The notes under the pieces: model-generated
What the model saw: the letters and a program-made list of their open reading frames with translations, nothing else
Told to the model about the DNA's origin: nothing
Databases searched by the model: none
Shown here: positions 46,460 through 53,816 of the stretch, in pieces
How the letters are laid out: every line of letters starts with the position of its first letter
Position numbering within the stretch: the first letter of the stretch is position 1
Source: Candidatus Aquilonibacter sp.
Lineage (GTDB): Bacteria > Verrucomicrobiota > Verrucomicrobiia > Limisphaerales > UBA11358
Direction of reading: 5' to 3'
DNA length: 64,000 nucleotides
Assembly: GCA_035504945.1 (NCBI GenBank)
Contig: DATJRH010000032.1
Location: forward strand, 91,839 to 155,838
Made by a program: the position numbers and the translations under genes

Positions 46460-47920
46460 ATGCAGCCAGACAAAAAATCCACGCCGCCACGCCGGTTCAA
46501 GCTGTTGCAAAACTGGCTGGGGTTGATTGGAGCATTGATCGCGGTGGGAAGCGTTTTTTCCGTCCTGCTCCTGTTTGCCATCAGCATCTTTATGCCCCAC
46601 AGCAATCCCTACACGGGGATTCTGGTCTTTTTGGTGGCACCCATCTTTTTCTTTCTGGGGATGGCGCTGATCGTTTTCGGTTTGTGGATGGAACACCGGC
46701 AAAAACCCGGCGCCTTGTCGTTCCAGGTCAACCTGACCCGCCCGCGCGACCGGAAATTGCTGGGCGTGTTCATCGCCGGGGCGCTGGTGTTTCTTCTGGC
46801 TTCCGCCATCGGGAGTTATCGAACCTATGATTACACCGACTCGGTGCAATTTTGCGGCACAGCCTGTCACGTGCCGATGCATCCGGAATACACCGCCTAC
46901 CTTCAGTCGCCTCACGCCCGCGTCGCCTGCGTCGAGTGCCACGTTGGCAGCGGCGTCCAAGCGTATGTCGAGAGTAAGATCAACGGCCTCCATCAAGTTT
47001 ATGACGTGGTGTTGAACAAAATTCCCAAGCCAATTGAAACGCCGTTGAGCAACGAACGTCCGCTGCGGGAAACCTGCGAAAAATGCCATTGGCCCCAACG
47101 GTTCATCGGGGGCATAGATCGCACCGATTACCATTACCTGTCCGACGAAACCAACACTCCTTTCGCCGTGCGGCTGTATTTAAAAGTTGGCGGGGGATTA
47201 CTCAACGGCACGATGTCCGGCATTCACTGGCATGTCAGCCAAGGCTTCAAAGTTCAATACATTGCCACCGACCGGCATCTGCAGAACATCCCGTGGGTGC
47301 GCGTGACCGACATGGCAACGAAAAAAACCACGGTCTATCGGGATGCAAATTTCACCAACGACCCGGCCAAATACACCATCCGCACGATGGACTGCATTGA
47401 CTGCCACACCCGGCCATCACACGATTTTCTTTCTCCCGACGAAGCCGTGGACAACGCCATTCACGCCGGTTTGGTGGACCGTTCGATTCCCTGGGTGCGT
47501 TCCAACCTTGTGGCGACGCTGACTGCTCCGTATCAGACCACCGATGAGGCCATGCAAAAAATCGCCGCAAGTCTCCACGCGAGTTATCCCAAACTGGCCG
47601 GCACTGACAAACTGGTCGCCGAGGCGCAGCAAATTTATCAGCAGAATTTCTTCCCGGAAATGAAGACCGACTGGCGCACTCATCCGGACAACATCGGCCA
47701 CAAAATCTCCGCCGGCTGCTTCCGCTGCCACGACGGCAATCACACGACGGCGGACGGAAAGCAGACGATTTCCGCCGACTGTAATTTGTGCCACCTCATT
47801 CTGGCGCAGGGCAGCGGCCAGCAGTTGGAACAGCTCAACGCCAAAGGCGACGACTTCTACCACATTGACTCGGTTTATACGGAACCCGCCTGTGCGATGT
47901 GCCATAACGGGACGCTTTGA
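46460..47920 (+). CDS. Inner-membrane multiheme cytochrome with a NapC/NirT-like region (ImcH-like candidate quinol dehydrogenase)
   Basis: Three N-terminal hydrophobic helices. NapC/NirT-like CGTACHVPMHPEYTAYLQSPHARVACVECH. Six CXXCH motifs (CVECH, CEKCH, CIDCH, CFRCH, CNLCH, CAMCH) plus one CX3CH (CGTACH). The first ATG is at 46460 (the track start at 46448 is a TTG). Confidence 0.75.
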   Translation: MQPDKKSTPPRRFKLLQNWLGLIGALIAVGSVFSVLLLFAISIFMPHSNPYTGILVFLVAPIFFFLGMALIVFGLWMEHRQKPGALSFQVNLTRPRDRKLLGVFIAGALVFLLASAIGSYRTYDYTDSVQFCGTACHVPMHPEYTAYLQSPHARVACVECHVGSGVQAYVESKINGLHQVYDVVLNKIPKPIETPLSNERPLRETCEKCHWPQRFIGGIDRTDYHYLSDETNTPFAVRLYLKVGGGLLNGTMSGIHWHVSQGFKVQYIATDRHLQNIPWVRVTDMATKKTTVYRDANFTNDPAKYTIRTMDCIDCHTRPSHDFLSPDEAVDNAIHAGLVDRSIPWVRSNLVATLTAPYQTTDEAMQKIAASLHASYPKLAGTDKLVAEAQQIYQQNFFPEMKTDWRTHPDNIGHKISAGCFRCHDGNHTTADGKQTISADCNLCHLILAQGSGQQLEQLNAKGDDFYHIDSVYTEPACAMCHNGTL

Positions 47921-48036
47921 AAAAACTTTGGGATTTGCATTGTTCGGATTTTGTTCTAACAATAGCAATTTATGGTTAGTAAAAGCCAATGAACGGAGTG
48001 CAGCTTTCGCCTGTCCCTGTAAAATAACACTTAACG

Positions 48037-49179
48037 ATGAACTTTATGTATCGAATCAACCGGGTCCAATGGATGCGTTGCACGGCGGGCGTCATTTTGA
48101 TTTCAGCCTTCGCGGGCTGCAAACGTGACGCGGCCACAGTTTATCAGGTTCCGAACGATAATTCCCAGCCGCCGCAATCCGCGCCGGTTTCCACGCCGCA
48201 AACGCCGCCGCCGGACATGGCGCCGCCGCCCGCGACCGCAATGTCCCTGCCCCAGCTCAATTATCAAGTGCCCGATGGCTGGCAGGAAAAGCCGCTGACC
48301 GAAATGCGCGTGGCCAGCTTCACTGCTCTCGGCCCAAACGGTGAATCCGCGGATGTATCGGTGATTCCGCTGCCCATCATCGGCCGCGACATGGAACTCA
48401 TCAATATGTGGCGCTCGCAGGTGCAATTGCCGGCCACGTCCGACCCGGACGCCGTCAAGCAGGCCGAGCCGGTCGCCATCGGCACGGAACAGGGTCGGCT
48501 GTTTCAATTCGTGAGCGAGCAACCGATGGCTGGAAGTGACCGCCAGCGGATTATGGTGGCGATGCTGACGCGCGGCTCAATGAGCTGGTTTTTTAAAATG
48601 ACCGGCGCGGATGCGTTTGTCACCTCGCAAAAGGATAAATTTCTCCAATTTTTGAAATCCATTTCGTTCACGGAAGGCGCGCCCGCGCAAAGTGCGCCGG
48701 CAGAAATGGCGGCTGCTCCCGCCGCTCCAACCGAAAATCAAAACGCCAGTTCCATTTGGAACATTCCAGCCGATTGGCAGCCGCTGCCGCCGGCGCAATT
48801 TCTGCTCGCCGAATTTTCCGTCACCGGAACCAACGGCGCAAAAGCCGACGTGAATGTCGCCGAACTGGGCGGCGACGGCGGCGGCGTGCTCGCGAACGTG
48901 AACCGCTGGCGCGGACAGCTCGGCCTGGGCGCGGCGGCGGAAGGCGATCTGGCGCAAATGACACAGTCGCTGGACGTGCCGGGCGGCCAGGGGACGCTGG
49001 TGGATTTCAAGGGCGTGGACGCGCAAACCGGCGCGCAAGTGCGGCTCGTCGGCGCGATTGTGCCGATGAACGGCCAGACGTGGTTTTACAAACTGATGGG
49101 CGACGAACACGTCGTGGCAGGACAAAAGGACGCCTTTATCAAATTCATCCAGTCGGCAAATTATGCGAACGCTCGCTGA
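48037..49179 (+). CDS. Lipoprotein with a Pro-rich linker and two tandem homologous ~135-aa domains; unknown function
   Basis: Lipobox ISAFAGC (a shorter start at 48073 gives MRCTAGVILISAFAGC). Domain 1 is about aa 75-212 and domain 2 about aa 239-378. They share P.DWQ, ADV.V..L, N..RWR.Q..L, WF.K..G and QKD.F..F..S. The 3' end overlaps ccsB by 17 nt. Confidence 0.65.
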   Translation: MNFMYRINRVQWMRCTAGVILISAFAGCKRDAATVYQVPNDNSQPPQSAPVSTPQTPPPDMAPPPATAMSLPQLNYQVPDGWQEKPLTEMRVASFTALGPNGESADVSVIPLPIIGRDMELINMWRSQVQLPATSDPDAVKQAEPVAIGTEQGRLFQFVSEQPMAGSDRQRIMVAMLTRGSMSWFFKMTGADAFVTSQKDKFLQFLKSISFTEGAPAQSAPAEMAAAPAAPTENQNASSIWNIPADWQPLPPAQFLLAEFSVTGTNGAKADVNVAELGGDGGGVLANVNRWRGQLGLGAAAEGDLAQMTQSLDVPGGQGTLVDFKGVDAQTGAQVRLVGAIVPMNGQTWFYKLMGDEHVVAGQKDAFIKFIQSANYANAR

Positions 49180-50458
49180 CCGGCTGGTAAAAATTTTCAC
49201 GTCGCTGCGGCTGACGGTGATCTTGCTCGCGTTTGCCATCGTGCTGGTGTTCATCGGCACGCTCGCGCAGGTGGACGCCGGGCTTTATCAGGTGCAGGCG
49301 GATTATTTCAAATCGGTTTTCGCGGGTCTCACCCTGCACCCCTTGCGGTTTACCGGCATCGCGATGTTTGGCTACACGCTGCCAATCATTTTGCCCGGCG
49401 GTTATCTCATCGGCACGCTGCTGCTGCTCAATCTCATCGCTTCGCACATTTACCGTTTCCAATTGACATTCCGCAAAGCCGGCATCCAGCTCGCGCACGC
49501 CGGGGTCATTCTGCTGCTCCTCGGCCAACTGGCCACCGACATGCTGGCGCACGAGTCGCAGTTGGAATTTGCCGAGGGCCAGACCAAATCGTTCTCCGAA
49601 AGTTCGATGAATTACGAACTGGCGTTCATGAGCCCGGACGGTTCGAACAGCGAACGGGTCGTCGCCCTTCCCGCCCGGCTGCTCGCGCGTGGCGGCGACA
49701 TTCAGAATGCCAACCTGCCGTTCACCATCCGCGTGAAAAGATACTGGAAAAATTCCAACACCTCGTTCCGCGCGCCGATGATGAAAAACGGTCCGGCGCT
49801 GGCAACCAACGGCGTTGCCACCAGTTTCGATTTCAGCCCTACCGCTGTAACCGAGGACCTCAACCAGAAAAATATTCCAACGGCGCTGATTGAAATCATC
49901 GGCCCCAACGGCTCGCTGGGCGACTGGGTGGTTTCCGATTGGTCGAGCGACAACGAGATGGTCGAGGCGCTCGAGCAAAGTTACGCGCAGGAGGTGGGCG
50001 CGGCAATGGCCCAAAACATCGCGGACCAGTTGACGCAGCCGCAATCCATTACCGTCGGCGGAAAAAAGTTCACCTTCGCACTGCGGCCGCAACGGACTTA
50101 TTTTCCTTTTTCGCTGGAGCTGTTGAAGGCGACGCACGCGGTTTATGAAGGCACGGACATTCCGAAGGATTTTCGCAGCCTCGTGCGGCTGCAAAATCCG
50201 CAGACGGGCGAAAATCGCGACGTGGAAATTTCCATGAACCATCCGCTGCGCTACGACGGGCTGACGTTTTACCAATATCAAATGACCGCGGGCCAAGCCG
50301 TGCAGCAGGCGGGGATTACACCCTCGTCGGTCCTGCAGGTCGTCCATAATCCAGGCTGGTTGACGCCTTACGTCGGCTGTGCGATGGTGGCTGCCGGACT
50401 CGTGATTCAATTCATGTTTCACCTCGTCGGCTTTGTTTCAAAAAGAAAGGCGAAATGA
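49163..50458 (+). CDS. ccsB: Cytochrome c biogenesis protein, System II, ResB/CcsB (Ccs1)
   Basis: ResB-like N-terminus (LRLTVILLAFAIVLVFIGTLAQ), a large periplasmic loop and a C-terminal TM helix with HNPGW. The stop overlaps the ccsA start (ATGA). Confidence 0.85.
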   Translation: MRTLADRLVKIFTSLRLTVILLAFAIVLVFIGTLAQVDAGLYQVQADYFKSVFAGLTLHPLRFTGIAMFGYTLPIILPGGYLIGTLLLLNLIASHIYRFQLTFRKAGIQLAHAGVILLLLGQLATDMLAHESQLEFAEGQTKSFSESSMNYELAFMSPDGSNSERVVALPARLLARGGDIQNANLPFTIRVKRYWKNSNTSFRAPMMKNGPALATNGVATSFDFSPTAVTEDLNQKNIPTALIEIIGPNGSLGDWVVSDWSSDNEMVEALEQSYAQEVGAAMAQNIADQLTQPQSITVGGKKFTFALRPQRTYFPFSLELLKATHAVYEGTDIPKDFRSLVRLQNPQTGENRDVEISMNHPLRYDGLTFYQYQMTAGQAVQQAGITPSSVLQVVHNPGWLTPYVGCAMVAAGLVIQFMFHLVGFVSKRKAK

Positions 50459-52335
50459 AAAAGAATTTTCAAAAATGGTTTCCACCGCTCCTGATGGTTG
50501 TCATGGCGCTGTGGTTTTTGAACGGGCTGCAACCGCCGAAGGAAAAAGGGTTCGACTTCAACGAATTCGGCAAACTGCCGGTCGTCGCCGACGGGCGGCC
50601 CAAACCGATGGACTCACTCGCACGCGATTCGCTTCTGCAAATTTACGAACTGCAGACGTTCAACACCGAACCGTGGAAGGGTTGGAGCGAAAAACCGAAA
50701 GTCATTTCCGCCGACGAATGGCTCGCCAACGTGATGATGAACCCGCAGCTCGCTGACGCGTGGCCGGTGTTTCGCGTGGACAATCCCGAGTTGATCACAT
50801 TTTTGAAACTGCCGGAGCGCAATGAAGCACAGTACCAGGACGGCCAGCATTACTCCTGGAGCCAGATTGCACCCTCGTTCGACCGGCTCAACGCGGAAAA
50901 CGAACGCGTCCAGAAAATCGAGTCCGCCGATCGCACCGCCTACGAACGCGCCGTCGTCAAGGTCTTTGACCGGCTGCTGCTTTACGAGCAGCTTCAAAAC
51001 ACCCTCCAGCCGCAGGACACGGAGGATTGGCAACAACAACTGGCCGATTATGAGAACATGATCCCGGCGGGCGTCGCCGCCGTCCGCGCGCAACAGACGG
51101 GACAGAAATACGACCAGGCGGTTTTCAATGAATTCGCCGACGACCTGCAACAATTCGACGACATGTCCCAGCGCGACACGCCGCTGGTCGTGCCCCCGCA
51201 GACCCCGTCCGGCAACTGGCTGCGCGTGGGAACGGTTTTGGTCAACGCGGCCAAAGGCGACAAAATTTCACCGGCGGTGAACGATTACGCCGCGATGTCC
51301 GACGCGCTCCAAAACGGGGACGCCGCAGGCTTCAATTCCGCGCTGACGGATTATCGCTCGTTGCTCGTCCCGAATTTTACCAGCGCGCTGGCTTGGGCGC
51401 GCGCGGAAGTTTTCTTCAACCAGATGCAGCCGTTTTATCACGCGATGGTCATTTACGTGCTGGCCGGATTGCTGGCGATCTTTTCATGGTTCAACTTGTC
51501 GGAAACGTTGCGCCGCTCGGCCGTCTGGCTCATTGGCCTGGCGCTGGTGATCCACACAATTGGCTTGATTTACCGCATGGTGCTCGAAGGCCGGCCGCCG
51601 GTGACGAATTTGTATTCGTCGGCGATTTTCATCGGCTGGGGCGCGTGCCTGCTCGGACTCATTTTGGAAAAATTCCACAAAAATGGAATTGGCGCGGTTG
51701 TTTCGGCGGGCCTGGGTTTCGTCACGCTCATCATCGCGCAAAATCTTTCGCTCGACGGTGACACGATGGAAATGATGCGCGCCGTGCTGGACACAAATTT
51801 CTGGCTGGCGACCCACGTGGTCGTCGTCACGCTGGGTTACGCGAGCACGTTTGTGGCGGGATTTCTCGGACTGATTTACATCGTGCGCGGCGTCTTCACA
51901 AAAACCCTGGACGCAGCAACTGGCAAATCGCTGGCGCGGATGATTTATGGAATCGTTTGCTTTGCAACATTGTTTAGTTTTGTCGGCACGGTGCTCGGCG
52001 GCATTTGGGCGGACCAGTCGTGGGGAAGGTTTTGGGGCTGGGACCCGAAGGAAAACGGCGCGCTCATCATTGTTTTGTGGAACGCGCTGATTTTGCATTT
52101 GCGCTGGGGCGGAATGATTCGCGACCGCGGCCTAGCCGTTTGCGTCATCGGCGGCAACATCGTCACGAGCTGGTCGTGGTTCGGCGTCAACATGCTCGGC
52201 ATCGGACTTCACAGTTACGGTTTCACGGACGCGGCGTTCAAGTGGCTGTCGCTCTTCGTCGCCAGCCAGTTTGCGTTCATTCTGCTCGGTTCGCTGCCGC
52301 CGCGAATGTGGAAAAGTTTTTCCGCGCGCATATAA
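50455..52335 (+). CDS. ccsA: Cytochrome c biogenesis protein CcsA/ResC (System II heme lyase subunit) with a ~320-aa N-terminal extension
   Basis: WWD-type heme-handling motif WADQSWGRFWGWDPKENGAL in a polytopic C-terminal half. The N-terminal part is one TM helix plus a soluble domain. Confidence 0.85.
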   Translation: MKKNFQKWFPPLLMVVMALWFLNGLQPPKEKGFDFNEFGKLPVVADGRPKPMDSLARDSLLQIYELQTFNTEPWKGWSEKPKVISADEWLANVMMNPQLADAWPVFRVDNPELITFLKLPERNEAQYQDGQHYSWSQIAPSFDRLNAENERVQKIESADRTAYERAVVKVFDRLLLYEQLQNTLQPQDTEDWQQQLADYENMIPAGVAAVRAQQTGQKYDQAVFNEFADDLQQFDDMSQRDTPLVVPPQTPSGNWLRVGTVLVNAAKGDKISPAVNDYAAMSDALQNGDAAGFNSALTDYRSLLVPNFTSALAWARAEVFFNQMQPFYHAMVIYVLAGLLAIFSWFNLSETLRRSAVWLIGLALVIHTIGLIYRMVLEGRPPVTNLYSSAIFIGWGACLLGLILEKFHKNGIGAVVSAGLGFVTLIIAQNLSLDGDTMEMMRAVLDTNFWLATHVVVVTLGYASTFVAGFLGLIYIVRGVFTKTLDAATGKSLARMIYGIVCFATLFSFVGTVLGGIWADQSWGRFWGWDPKENGALIIVLWNALILHLRWGGMIRDRGLAVCVIGGNIVTSWSWFGVNMLGIGLHSYGFTDAAFKWLSLFVASQFAFILLGSLPPRMWKSFSARI

Positions 52336-52594
52336 AAGCCGTTTGCGAGCCGGGTGGGTTTCTGGTATATTTTTGCACAATCCTGTAAAATAGCGGACTT
52401 CCGCTCGATAACCATTGGAAATTATGCCGGATAATTTTGAATATGAGTCAATGCGCGTCGTTGGATTTAAATGACGCTTGGATGCTTTTACCAGGGCATT
52501 ATCACCGCAAACGCCTTCGCTGGCAGCCATTCCAATTTCACTGGTGCGCTTTGGTAAAATTTTACATTTCCCGACAAACTGAATCCAGAACGTC

Positions 52595-53770
52595 ATGCAA
52601 AAAAAGCAAAAACGGGTCTTGATTGTGCTGGGTCGGTATGATTACCGCCTGCACAAGGGCATTGAAAGATACGCGCTGGAGCACGGCTGGCGTTTATCCG
52701 CCGATTCGTCGCGGGAAAAAGTTCTGCCTTGGAGGTGGAATGGCCATGGGATTCTGGCCTGGCTCGGCATGGGAAATCATCTGGTGAAGTTCGTGAAGCA
52801 CTACAAAAAGCGGGTGGTGGATTTCAGTTTTCACCACCACAAGCTGAACTTTCCCCGCGTGCTGGGGGACAACACGCGCGCCGCCGAACTCGTCGCGGAA
52901 CATTTTCTCACGCGCGGCCTGAATCATTTCGTGTTTTACAGTGAAGCCGACCGATGGTTTTACGAAGAACGCGGCGAGGCGTTTGTTCAGGCACTGAAAC
53001 GCGCCGGGCATTCGTGCGTCTGGCTGCGCTGGCATAAATCGCCGGTTTACCGCGCAAATCGCGAACAATGGGATCGCCGCCAAGAGTGGCTGGCCACCAA
53101 GTTGAAACAATCCCCCAAACCACTCGCGTTATTTTGCGCCAACGACGACCACGCCATGCACGCGTTGGAGGCGTGTGAAAGCGTGAATCTCGTCGTGCCG
53201 GAGGAGGTGGCCATTGTCGGCGCGGGAAATTATCTCATGGCGCCTGATGCCACGCCCACGCCCATTTCCAGCGTGGATACCAATCTGGAAATGGTCGGCT
53301 ATCGAGGCGCCAAATTGCTGGACGATTTGATGAATGGGGAAAAGCCGCCCCAGGCTCCAATCCGCATTCCACCCGTCGGCCTGGTCATTCGCAAGAGCAG
53401 CGACTTGCTCGCGGTGAATCACAAGGGCGTGGCCAGCAGCCTGCGTTTCATTTGGGAACATTGCCACGAGCCCATCGGGGTTGAAAATCTGACTGATGTT
53501 GCCGCCATGTCGCGGCGTGGATTGCACAAGGCCTTCATTGAACATCTGGGCCGAAGCCCGGGACAGGAATTGCACCGGATCCGCATTGAACGCGCAAAGC
53601 GGTTGCTGTCGGAATCCAAACACAAGATTGAACTTCTCGCCAGCATGTGCGGTTACCAAAGCGCCAACAGCTTTTACATCGCGTTCAAGCAGTCTACCGG
53701 AGCGTCACCCAAACAATATCGTGACACAATGGGTTCCAATGGCCGGCACCACTCGAAAACAAATTGGTGA
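52595..53770 (+). CDS. XylR-like transcriptional regulator (periplasmic-binding-protein-like sensor domain + AraC-type HTH)
   Basis: C-terminal AraC HTH (..LASMCGYQSANSFYIAFKQSTGASPKQYR). The N-terminal ~270 aa are LacI/PBP-like (LFCANDDHAMHALEA). Confidence 0.8.
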   Translation: MQKKQKRVLIVLGRYDYRLHKGIERYALEHGWRLSADSSREKVLPWRWNGHGILAWLGMGNHLVKFVKHYKKRVVDFSFHHHKLNFPRVLGDNTRAAELVAEHFLTRGLNHFVFYSEADRWFYEERGEAFVQALKRAGHSCVWLRWHKSPVYRANREQWDRRQEWLATKLKQSPKPLALFCANDDHAMHALEACESVNLVVPEEVAIVGAGNYLMAPDATPTPISSVDTNLEMVGYRGAKLLDDLMNGEKPPQAPIRIPPVGLVIRKSSDLLAVNHKGVASSLRFIWEHCHEPIGVENLTDVAAMSRRGLHKAFIEHLGRSPGQELHRIRIERAKRLLSESKHKIELLASMCGYQSANSFYIAFKQSTGASPKQYRDTMGSNGRHHSKTNW

Positions 53771-53816
53771 ATAGAATTGCCCCGCCGCTCGTCAACTTTA
53801 TTATTAACAAACACCT

